From Candidatus Kaiserbacteria bacterium (GTDB taxonomy: Bacteria; Patescibacteriota; Minisyncoccia; Phycocordibacterales; Phycocordibacteraceae), in the NCBI GenBank assembly GCA_963699165.1, contig OY969413.1, positions 724,562 to 788,561 of the forward strand: 64,000 bases of DNA, given 5' to 3'. Shown piece after piece: positions 9,160 to 17,026 of the stretch. Below the pieces are notes generated by a model. That model was not told where the DNA came from. It saw only the letters and a list, made by a program, of their open reading frames with translations, and ran no database searches. Made by a program: the position numbers and the translations under genes. Every line of letters begins with the position of its first letter. Position 1 is the first letter of the stretch.

Positions 9160-9690
9160 GTGAAATTTTTGCTCCCTAAGTTCGCCTATCACCACTGGTT
9201 GGGCAACCAGGGCCTCACGAGTTATCGTTGGGGGCAGCTCGAGGACCCCGACGTGGAGGTAATCGTTTTCCCGGATGGCCGGGTGTACCTGCCTGCGGGC
9301 GACTTCAAGCAGGCCTATGACCTGCAACAGGTCGGACCCGGAGTGTACCGGCTCCCCGCACCGGTGCCATACCACTGGGCCGGGGAGGAAGCAGACCTTG
9401 TCTGCTTTGGTTGGGGTGATGGGGACCCCGACCAAGAGCTCGTGGTCTGCCCGGATGGCCGTGGGGTCTATATGGCCGCCGGGGACTCCGGCCAGGCCTA
9501 TGCCCTTCGGCGTGGCCAGATGGGCCGGGAGGATTTCCCGATCGGCACCCGGGTCCGGTACCCGGATTTCGGCGAAGGGACCGTCGTCAGCCACGGGCCA
9601 AGTTGGTCCGTCTCCGTTCAATTCGATACGGATCATCCTGCGTCCCTGAGGGCTTTCCAGCCCAGGCGGCTGGAAAAAATCGTTCCGTAG
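9160..9690 (+). CDS. Hypothetical protein with internal repeat and C-terminal SH3/Tudor-like domain (cassette ORF2)
   Basis: SD GAGGAG then GTG. C-terminus GTRVRYPDFGEGTVV..VSVQFD. Confidence 0.65.
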   Translation: MKFLLPKFAYHHWLGNQGLTSYRWGQLEDPDVEVIVFPDGRVYLPAGDFKQAYDLQQVGPGVYRLPAPVPYHWAGEEADLVCFGWGDGDPDQELVVCPDGRGVYMAAGDSGQAYALRRGQMGREDFPIGTRVRYPDFGEGTVVSHGPSWSVSVQFDTDHPASLRAFQPRRLEKIVP

Positions 9691-9824
9691 CGGGATGGTT
9701 CCCGCAAAATGGTTCGGGCGGCGCGCGAAAGCGCGCCGCCCACGAGGGACGAGTATGGAATACTCGTTCTTTCTGTATCGGGATGTGTGTCCCGACTGAT
9801 GAGCTCGAAAGGGCGAAACAGAAA
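9690..9824 (+). repeat. Structured trailer repeat B, copy 1 (contains hammerhead)
   Basis: 135 bp, differing at 2 positions from 10456-10590. Confidence 0.92.
9770..9824 (+). ncRNA. Hammerhead ribozyme, type III
   Basis: TTTCT-GTA, stem I TCGGGA/TCCCGA, CTGATGA, stem II GCTC-GAAA-GGGC, GAAAC, AGAAA. Predicted cleavage after A9777. Confidence 0.88.
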
Positions 9825-9968
9825 TTGCCGTTCCTCTTTTCCGACGGTACGCGTGGAGCGTAGTTTCAGGAAAGAGGAACGGCAATCAACGCGATTGTTG
9901 TTCCGATGAATTCACTCGGCGCATGTGCGCCGATTCTGCCGCACCGAAAGTGCGACGAGGAGGACACC
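9823..9968 (+). repeat. Structured leader repeat A, copy 2
   Basis: Near-identical to 9020-9104, then hairpins with conserved stems and varied loops before SD GAGGAGG. Confidence 0.85.
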
Positions 9969-10409
9969 ATGAGTTACTACGGACAAACGACGATTCAATG
10001 CCCGATATGCCAAGTTCAGGCAGGGGAACCATGCCGCGACGGGGGTCCTTTCGGCCACTCCGCGCGAGACACACTCGCGCGGGCGATGCGGTTGTCCGAG
10101 CCCAGAAGGGCTGCTGCGGCCGCTCGGCTGCCTGTCATCCGCCGCGTATGGGCGGATGACCGGGCCTGGATTGTTGATCCAGACCTAGCGGTGCTCCGCG
10201 CTTGGCTCAAGGCGCCGAGTCAAGAGACTTGGCTCGACGCCTACAAGACGGCTCTCAAAATTGAGAGCTGGCTGGCCGATTACGCCCAGCGTTGCAATCT
10301 CGCAATGGAGGCGAGACTAGACGCGGGCGGTCGCGCTATCCACGACCTCATAGACATCCTGCGGAACGAAACCGACGAAGCCGCCGCTGCCTCGCCCGTG
10401 CGCGAGTAG
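9969..10409 (+). CDS. Hypothetical protein with N-terminal zinc-finger-like motif (cassette ORF3)
   Basis: SD GAGGAGG then ATG 9969. CPICQVQAGEPC..H..R motif. Confidence 0.7.
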   Translation: MSYYGQTTIQCPICQVQAGEPCRDGGPFGHSARDTLARAMRLSEPRRAAAAARLPVIRRVWADDRAWIVDPDLAVLRAWLKAPSQETWLDAYKTALKIESWLADYAQRCNLAMEARLDAGGRAIHDLIDILRNETDEAAAASPVRE

Positions 10410-10455
10410 TTCTTTCCAGTTAATCGCCAGCGCGGCACGGCGCGCTGGCACAAGC

Positions 10456-10590
10456 GCGGGATGGTTCCCGCAAAATGGTTCGGGCGGCGCGCGAAAGCGC
10501 GCCGCCCACGAGGGACGAGTATGGAATACTCGTTCTTTCTGTATCGGGATGTATGTCCCGACTGATGAGCTCGAAAGAGCGAAACAGAAA
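10456..10590 (+). repeat. Structured trailer repeat B, copy 2 (contains hammerhead)
   Basis: Direct repeat of 9690-9824. Confidence 0.92.
10536..10590 (+). ncRNA. Hammerhead ribozyme, type III
   Basis: Same core as copy 1 with a perfect stem II GCTC-GAAA-GAGC. Predicted cleavage after A10543. Confidence 0.9.
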
Positions 10591-10718
10591 AGTCCACAAA
10601 GGGCTATAGGTCGTTCGAAGAACCGAAATGAAGTGCGGTGTGAGTTCTAAAATCTCTCTCCTCTAGCACTGCACTTTTATTCGAATCTCTCGGCCTGTAG
10701 CCCTTTTGGGATTTCGAC

Positions 10719-10749
10719 AAACCCCGCGCCGCAGGCGCGGGGCTTTTTG
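10719..10749 (+). terminator. Intrinsic terminator
   Basis: CCCCGCGCC-GCA-GGCGCGGGG followed by CTTTTT. Confidence 0.8.
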
Positions 10750-10833
10750 TATGGTATGTCTTTGCTCAAAATAAACGAAGAATGTTTGGAATTCGAGCCG
10801 CATTTTTGAATGCAAACGTGGTATAATACACAT

Positions 10834-11082
10834 ATGACAGAATTACCGGCCAACATCAAGCGGCTATTCTGGGATATGGATTCGGATGCGCTCGACGCCG
10901 AAAAACACGCCGATGCGATAATCGAACGCGTATTGAATACGGGTTCACTTGCCGATTGGAAATGGCTCGTTCAAAATTATGGAACTGGCGCTATCCAGTC
11001 CCGTCTTTCCCGAAAAACAATGTTTGGCCGCGACAACTTCCGCCCGGAATCGCGCCGTCTTGCATCGCTCATCTTGCGATAA
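10834..11082 (+). CDS. Small DUF6922-like protein, putative antitoxin partner
   Basis: LFWDMD..LD..IIERVLNTG..DWKWL pattern, directly upstream of an AbiEii-like gene. TATAAT at 10822. Confidence 0.7.
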   Translation: MTELPANIKRLFWDMDSDALDAEKHADAIIERVLNTGSLADWKWLVQNYGTGAIQSRLSRKTMFGRDNFRPESRRLASLILR

Positions 11083-11083
11083 C

Positions 11084-11710
11084 ATGATTCATTTTGAGGC
11101 ACTAACGTCGGAAGCGCGGGAATTGTTTCCACTCCTTTCGGCGTTCAAAAAAGATTTTTATCTGGCGGGCGGTACGGCGCTTGCACTTCAGCTCGGACAT
11201 CGCATATCCGTCGATTTCGATTTGTTTTCACCGGACCCGATAAAGAAAAATCTGCTCGGAAAAGTCGAGGCGCTGTATGCGCTCCGTACGATTGAAGTTT
11301 TTATAAATAATTCCCGCGAACTCACGCTCACTGTGAGTGGCGTGAAGCACACCTTTCTGCATTATCCGTTTCCGGTTCTTCTTCCTATATCCGAACATGA
11401 GCCGGTGGACACGCTTTCGCCGCAAGAGATTCTCGCCACCAAGGCGTACACGATAGGCAGGAGAGGTTCGCAGAAGGACTACGTCGATTTGTACACCGGA
11501 GTATCCGAGCACGTTTCAACACTCGCGGATGTGATTCAATCGGCACGGACGAAATACGGCGATGCATTTAACGACCGACTATTTCTAGAGCAGCTTCTCT
11601 ATCTAGACGACGTTCCGCAAGCAGCCATGCAGATGCTCAAAGGCGCCGCGCCCACGCGGGAAGAACTTGTAGATTTTTTTCAAAGACAAATTGCAGGACT
11701 CTTATTGTAG
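11084..11710 (+). CDS. AbiEii/AbiGii-family nucleotidyltransferase
   Basis: FYLAGGTALALQLGHRISVDFDLF, and K..TIGRRGSQKDYVDLY. Confidence 0.87.
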   Translation: MIHFEALTSEARELFPLLSAFKKDFYLAGGTALALQLGHRISVDFDLFSPDPIKKNLLGKVEALYALRTIEVFINNSRELTLTVSGVKHTFLHYPFPVLLPISEHEPVDTLSPQEILATKAYTIGRRGSQKDYVDLYTGVSEHVSTLADVIQSARTKYGDAFNDRLFLEQLLYLDDVPQAAMQMLKGAAPTREELVDFFQRQIAGLLL

Positions 11711-11871
11711 AAAGAACGATTGAGAGGGAATACAAAAAACGGTCTAACAGTGAAAATTTCACCTTTCAATCGCACATATTGATGCATGGGATAAGAATTT
11801 TGAAAAACAAACTATGTAAGGTTCGTCAAAAATCGGACAACTTTATATAGTTTGCTATGACAAAAAAATTT

Positions 11872-12720
11872 CTACCCCGATGACTTGAGCGGTTTGTTTT
11901 TGAGACTGGCAAGAATGCGCCTGTGGTCTTCTTCCGCCAAATCCCAAAGGTAGTTAAAAATCATTTCAAATGTCGCATGAATGGCGGGATTTTCGATGAT
12001 GGTGGTTATGATTGATTCCTTATAGGCAGTTATGCCGACCTTGTTTCCATACATTAGAATCTGAGCAGGGATGTTCAATCTTTCTGCCGGAACAAAGCGC
12101 CGTGTCGTAAGTCGCTCGGAATCGCGGGCAATGATTTCTTCAAGACTTCTTTTCAAGAGATTTTCCGCCAGTGGAGTAATTGCTTGCGTCTGTATACCTA
12201 ACTTTCTTTGCTCCGCAATTTGAGCTCGTAGTACTTCCGCCAGTTCAGGATGACGATTATCTTCTGGTGAACGAATAAGCTTCATATCCTGCCGATTATT
12301 TAGGATGTCCTCGTACAGCTCTGCCACGCCGGCAACGCCCTCAAGTATCCGTATGCCGGGAGAGCCGGACTTTGCATTGAAATCCGAAATGAGTTTTGCA
12401 AGCACTCCGTCAACGGCGATTCTTGCCTCTTTTGCTTGTTCAAAGCGCTTGTCGACAATCTCTTTCAGTTTGAATGGATGCGCCGCTGAAAAGAGCGCTA
12501 CTTTGCCGGGCGCATCTTCTTTTTCAATAAGTCCCAGCTTTTGTAGTTCTTGAAGCGCTTTATACGCCAAGGTTCGAGGCACTCCCGCGAGCCGCGCTGC
12601 GCGACTCGCGGTCATTTTTCCTTGTCGAACAATCGTTTCGTACATCTTCGCTTGGTGCACCGTCAGACCGCCTTCAGCCAGCGATTGATAATTTGGAGAC
12701 CGCTTTTCATTTGAATTCAT
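11872..12720 (-). CDS. TrmB-family transcriptional regulator
   Basis: GLT..QAKMY...TASRAARLAGVPRTLAYKALQELQKLGLI wHTH, plus a C-terminal PLD-like sensor region (YGNKVGI..IIEN). Confidence 0.82.
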   Translation of the reverse strand: MNSNEKRSPNYQSLAEGGLTVHQAKMYETIVRQGKMTASRAARLAGVPRTLAYKALQELQKLGLIEKEDAPGKVALFSAAHPFKLKEIVDKRFEQAKEARIAVDGVLAKLISDFNAKSGSPGIRILEGVAGVAELYEDILNNRQDMKLIRSPEDNRHPELAEVLRAQIAEQRKLGIQTQAITPLAENLLKRSLEEIIARDSERLTTRRFVPAERLNIPAQILMYGNKVGITAYKESIITTIIENPAIHATFEMIFNYLWDLAEEDHRRILASLKNKPLKSSG

Positions 12721-12837
12721 GGATTTAATCCTAATCCTCAATATTTGTTTTGTAAAGTATATTTTACAATTCTACAGTTTGAAATATCGATATTCGGCAA
12801 TAATTTAAAGCATATTTGCAATCATTGTATTTATATG

Positions 12838-12866
12838 TTGACATAATATATTTTATCGATTACTTT
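12838..12866 (+). promoter_or_regulatory. Sigma70-type promoter for the second cassette array
   Basis: TTGACA, 17 nt, TACTTT in an AT-rich region divergent from trmB. Confidence 0.6.
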
Positions 12867-12911
12867 CCTACTTGTCATGGTGTTTCAGGTCAGGCCGACG
12901 CACCGTGACAA

Positions 12912-13044
12912 CATTGATCTTTGTCTAGATGGTTTTGCCCCAGCTGAAAATACTTCAAACGCCGTATTGGAGTGTTACCAGCTGAGGCAAATGCCACAGT
13001 CCTTAACTCTCGGGCTAGAGAGTTTCCGACACAGTCGGAGAAGG
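12912..13044 (+). repeat. Structured leader repeat D, copy 1
   Basis: TTTGCCCCAGCTGAAAATACTTCAA..GGAGTGTTACCAGCTGAGGCAAATGCCAC..GAGAGTTTCCGACACAGTCGGAGAAGG, repeated at 13324-13476. Confidence 0.87.
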
Positions 13045-13051
13045 AGAAAAC

Positions 13052-13282
13052 ATGGACATGAATACCAACGGCTGCCTCTTGCTGGTCGAGGCAATAATCG
13101 ACCAAGCCCGCCTGGACGAGGCGCGCGAGCCCGGCGCGTTTGCGGAAGCGGTCCTCGAGTGGGGACCGTGGTCGGGGCTCTCTGACGAGGAGCTCGACAC
13201 CGCAATCGCATCGCGGCGGACGCGTCGTGGCCGGTCGGAGAACGGGAGAGATGTTTCCGGAAAAACTCCTCTCCCCCTTTGA
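13052..13282 (+). CDS. Small hypothetical protein
   Basis: SD AAGGAG at the end of leader D. Confidence 0.55.
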   Translation: MDMNTNGCLLLVEAIIDQARLDEAREPGAFAEAVLEWGPWSGLSDEELDTAIASRRTRRGRSENGRDVSGKTPLPL

Positions 13283-13323
13283 TGGGCGCATAAGCATACG
13301 CTTGTGCACCCATAGAGGACGCT

Positions 13324-13476
13324 CATTGTCTTTATCTAGCGCAGACTATCTACTCTGCAAAATATGCCTTTGCCTTAGCTGAAAATACTTCAAGCTCATA
13401 TGGAGTGTTACCAGCTGGGGCAAATGCCACGACCCCATCTCTCGGGTATGAGAGTTTCCGACACAGTCGGAGAAGG
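13324..13476 (+). repeat. Structured leader repeat D, copy 2
   Basis: Direct repeat of copy 1, with changes that preserve the stems. Confidence 0.87.
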
Positions 13477-13485
13477 GTCCCAACT

Positions 13486-13692
13486 ATGAGCAAGACCGCC
13501 ACGAATCTGGTTGTGCTGGTGCTCATGGCCGCCATCGTGGCCGCCAATGTGTCGGGGTGGGTCCTCTACGGGATGCATCAGCATCCGTGGTGGGCAATGC
13601 CGGTACGCTGGACAGCGTTCTCCGTACTTGCAATCTTCGCGATTGCCGGCGCGGTGAAGTTGGCCGCTGACTGGAGGAAGCCATCGCCATGA
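13486..13692 (+). CDS. Small two-TM membrane protein
   Basis: MSKTATNLVVLVLMAAIVAA, two hydrophobic segments, downstream of the leader D SD. Confidence 0.65.
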   Translation: MSKTATNLVVLVLMAAIVAANVSGWVLYGMHQHPWWAMPVRWTAFSVLAIFAIAGAVKLAADWRKPSP

Positions 13693-13705
13693 AATTCCTC
13701 CGTCC

Positions 13706-13734
13706 AACCCCGCGCCGCAGGCGCGGGGTTTGTT
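13706..13734 (+). terminator. Intrinsic terminator identical to 10720-10742
   Basis: AACCCCGCGCCGCAGGCGCGGGG followed by TTTGTT. Confidence 0.8.
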
Positions 13735-13762
13735 GTATTCAAAATCGGCGTAGTATGAGGGC

Positions 13763-14890
13763 ATGGAACCCCTCGCCGCTCGGATACGACCGCAGACGCT
13801 CGACGAAGTCGTGGGGCAGGAACACCTTGTGGGAGAAGGGAAGCCGCTTCGCGTCGCAGTCGAGAAGAAGCACAAGTTTTCTTTCATATTGTGGGGACCG
13901 CCCGGAACAGGGAAGACGACCATCGCGCGCATTTATGCGCGCGCGCTTCACGCGGCGCTTTTTGAACTATCGGCGGTTTCGGCAGGGAAGGACGACGTCC
14001 GAAAAATCATCGCCGCCGATGCGAAAGGGAAGGACAAGGTGTTGTTTCTCGACGAAATCCACCGGTTTAACAAAAGCCAGCAGGATTTTCTCCTGCCGTA
14101 TGTCGAAAGCGGGGAATTGACGCTCATCGGCGCGACGACGGAAAATCCTTCGTTTGAAGTCATCTCACCGCTTTTGTCGCGCTGCCGCGTCTTTGTGCTT
14201 GAACCGCTCTCGGAAGAAGCGCTTCGCGCCATCGTTAAGCGCACGAAGCTGAAAGTGAAAAAGGATGCATTTGATTGGCTTTTGGGGTACGCGAACGGCG
14301 ACGCCCGCAAAGCGCTCGGTATGATGGAAGGCGCACAGAGTTTATATGGAGAAATTACGGCCGAGACGCTAAGCAATGCGCTTGAGTCGCCGCATCTGCG
14401 CTACGACAAAAAGGGCGAGGAGCACTACGACACCGTGAGCGCGTTTATAAAAAGCATGCGCGCTTCGCAGGCAAATGCGGCGATGTATTATCTTGCGCGC
14501 ATGGTCGAAGCAGGGGAGGACCCGATATTTATTGCACGAAGGATGGTTGTTTTCGCTTCGGAAGACGTGGGCCTTGCTCAGCCGACGGCGCTCGTCGTCG
14601 CAAATGCCGTCTTTCGCGCATGCGAGACCATCGGCTACCCTGAATGCGCGATAAATCTGGCGCACGGCGTCGCGTACCTCGCACAGGCAAAGAAAGACCG
14701 CTCCGCTTACGACGCGTTACGCGCCGCGCAGGCGGACGTACGCGAGTACGGAAACCTGCCCGTGCCGAAGAAAATTCGAAACCCGGTCACGAAACTGATG
14801 AAAGACCTCGACTACGGCAAAGGATACGAAAAGTATGATTCCGAGGATTATCTGCCGGACGCATTAAAGAAAAAGAGGTATTTTAAATAA
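13763..14890 (+). CDS. rarA: Replication-associated recombination protein A
   Basis: PLAARIRPQTLDEVVGQEHL, GPPGTGKT, DEIHRFNKSQQD, SAFIKSMR. Confidence 0.95.
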   Translation: MEPLAARIRPQTLDEVVGQEHLVGEGKPLRVAVEKKHKFSFILWGPPGTGKTTIARIYARALHAALFELSAVSAGKDDVRKIIAADAKGKDKVLFLDEIHRFNKSQQDFLLPYVESGELTLIGATTENPSFEVISPLLSRCRVFVLEPLSEEALRAIVKRTKLKVKKDAFDWLLGYANGDARKALGMMEGAQSLYGEITAETLSNALESPHLRYDKKGEEHYDTVSAFIKSMRASQANAAMYYLARMVEAGEDPIFIARRMVVFASEDVGLAQPTALVVANAVFRACETIGYPECAINLAHGVAYLAQAKKDRSAYDALRAAQADVREYGNLPVPKKIRNPVTKLMKDLDYGKGYEKYDSEDYLPDALKKKRYFK

Positions 14891-14898
14891 CATACGGT

Positions 14899-16356
14899 TT
14901 AAGGATTCCAATGGAGAATCGGCATTTGTATGTCGGTCGGTGAATACAAAAGGTCAAAGTAGCTGCCGGTATACAAAACTTTCAAATTCGGGAAATACGT
15001 TGCCCCCGCCGGACTGACTGCCATGTAGAACGGACCTTTAAATGGCTTTCCGGTCACATCGGCGGGATTGACCGGTATCGCGCGTGCATTTCCGTAATAA
15101 TCAAATGTTTCGACGGGTATGAAGTCGAGAAGGTACAGCGGTGTGCCGTTTGGATTTTGTTGTTTATACATCTCTCCGACTGCTTTCTCATCGCCGGTAT
15201 ATGGCGGTATTTTGGCAGGCATAAGATACATGCAAAATGCGGCTGCAATCAATATGCATATCGCCGTTATTGCGAAGAACATCGTCTTGTTTTGAGGCCA
15301 AATGAAAGATAGATCGTAATAGAGAATTGCCACGCAAATCGCAAAAAACGGAAAGGCGGGCATGATATATGGAGCCAAGTGAGTTTGAGCAGAAGTAAAC
15401 ACGGTGAAAATAAAGACGGCCGAGAGCACGGGCGGAAGGATGTTCGTAAACGTGACTTTTCTCTTACGTTGTTCCGAAAAAGCGGCTGCACATAAAGCAA
15501 TAAATCCTCCGACAATTAAAAAATTCCATGGCCAGTTCGAAGGCAGGAACCACGGAACGAAAAGCACAAAATAATCGCCCGGGTTATTTGTACCGGTCAT
15601 CGTTGCCGCAGCTCTGTGAAAGACCTGTACACCCAGGTAGTTATCCCAAAATGCATTTCCGAACCGAATTGTCTCGTATAGATGCCACGGAACGATGATG
15701 GCGAGCGCCGGCAAACCCCCGAGCCACAAATAGCGGCTTTTGATGAAAGTCCATTTTTTATAGAAGACACTGTAAAGGAGAATAATCGGCAGAACGAGCA
15801 AAATGATTACGCTTTTAAATAGAAAACCGATTGCGATGCACGGGAAAACCCAGAATAGATACTTTTCATTCTTCCGGGACTTGATAAAGAAAAATAAGGC
15901 CGCGAGCAAGGATGCAACGACCGCCGAATCAAGCCGCATTTCTCTTGCATATGCAAAAAAGGCGCTTGAAAAGAGCAGGGTTAGAAAGCCGAACATCGCC
16001 GCTATCGGGTCGCCGGTTAGCTCCAGGGCGATGAGATATACCAACCAGCAGCACAACACCGATGCGATAATGCCCGGCAAACGAAAGGCAAATTCGCGCT
16101 CGCCAAATATTTTTGCGCTAGCCATTGCCGACCATATATATAAAGGCGGTTTTTCAAACCAGTTGTTTCCTTGGTGTTGAAGGGTGAGGAAATTCCCGCT
16201 ATGCATCGTGTCGACAACCACTTGAGCATAAGTGGCTTCGTCATAGTCCACGAGTGGACGATTGGCGTCTATGCAAAGAAAAATCCCGGCAATCAAGACG
16301 AGGGCAAGCTGTGTAGCCAGAGCGTATTTTTTGAAAAAAGCATCAAGTTTGGACAC
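14899..16356 (-). CDS. ArnT/PMT-family (GT39/GT83-like) membrane glycosyltransferase
   Basis: DEATYA, WFEKPPLYIW, EFAFRLP, many TMs. GTG start inferred. Confidence 0.85.
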   Translation of the reverse strand: MSKLDAFFKKYALATQLALVLIAGIFLCIDANRPLVDYDEATYAQVVVDTMHSGNFLTLQHQGNNWFEKPPLYIWSAMASAKIFGEREFAFRLPGIIASVLCCWLVYLIALELTGDPIAAMFGFLTLLFSSAFFAYAREMRLDSAVVASLLAALFFFIKSRKNEKYLFWVFPCIAIGFLFKSVIILLVLPIILLYSVFYKKWTFIKSRYLWLGGLPALAIIVPWHLYETIRFGNAFWDNYLGVQVFHRAAATMTGTNNPGDYFVLFVPWFLPSNWPWNFLIVGGFIALCAAAFSEQRKRKVTFTNILPPVLSAVFIFTVFTSAQTHLAPYIMPAFPFFAICVAILYYDLSFIWPQNKTMFFAITAICILIAAAFCMYLMPAKIPPYTGDEKAVGEMYKQQNPNGTPLYLLDFIPVETFDYYGNARAIPVNPADVTGKPFKGPFYMAVSPAGATYFPNLKVLYTGSYFDLLYSPTDIQMPILHWNP

Positions 16357-16433
16357 AATGCAAGGATAGCAAAATACCCGGGTATTGAAACGGCAATATG
16401 CCGCGAAGACAGGGTAAAACGGTATTTCAAATA

Positions 16434-16471
16434 AAAACAAGCGCGGCGCCAAAGGCGCCGCGCTTGTTTTT
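16434..16471 (-). terminator. Terminator after HU gene
   Basis: AAAAACAAGCGCGGCGCC-AAA-GGCGCCGCGCTTGTTTTT. Confidence 0.8.
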
Positions 16472-16483
16472 ACTACACAAACC

Positions 16484-16759
16484 TTATTTAACCGCGTCCT
16501 TGAGGGCCTTTGCGGGGCGGAACTTCGCCGTGCGCGTTGCTGCGATATGAATCGTCTCGCCGGTGCGAGGATTGCGGCCCTGACGAGCAGGGCGTGCTTT
16601 CGTCGCAAAAATACCGAGACCGGCAACCGAGACCTCATCGCCCGACTTGAGCGAGGAGACGATTGAGTCAATGACTGTCTCAACAGCGCGCTCCGCATCG
16701 GCCTTCGTTGTGCCGAGAACTGCGTGCACTTTGTCGACAATGTCTGCTTTGTTTGCCAT
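16484..16759 (-). CDS. hup: HU family DNA-binding protein
   Basis: GLGIF..RPARQGRNPRTGETI..AKFRPAKALKDAV. Confidence 0.95.
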   Translation of the reverse strand: MANKADIVDKVHAVLGTTKADAERAVETVIDSIVSSLKSGDEVSVAGLGIFATKARPARQGRNPRTGETIHIAATRTAKFRPAKALKDAVK

Positions 16760-16893
16760 GTATATTTGCTAACTGCTAATCCCACGACCTGTCTTTGGGT
16801 GGGTATGGGGAAAGTATAGGAAATGAGCCATTTTACGCAATGGCCTTTACAACCCGCCGTGGATAGCGCGAAATTTGGAACATTGGCATTAAA

Positions 16894-16921
16894 AGAGCTC
16901 CGCATAATTATGCGGAGCTCT
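16894..16921. terminator. Perfect palindrome, probable terminator
   Basis: AGAGCTCCGCATAATTATGCGGAGCTCT. Confidence 0.6.
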
Positions 16922-17026
16922 GAAAACAGCCTTCGGCTCATATTGATCGATATCACTTTTCTGCCAAAGCCCTCGCTACTGGCTCGTGCGATCATTAGCT
17001 CGCGGGGGTACGGTTTAGAACACCCC

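Noticed and set aside
7823-9885. Long antisense and alternative-frame ORFs over the cassette array
   Set aside because: These are expected shadows of GC-rich coding DNA. The chosen frames have SD sites and align with the repeat boundaries.
12934-13044. Leader D as a c-di-GMP-I riboswitch because of GGCAAA
   Set aside because: GGCAAA is part of a long stem here and the GNRA/receptor architecture is not evident.
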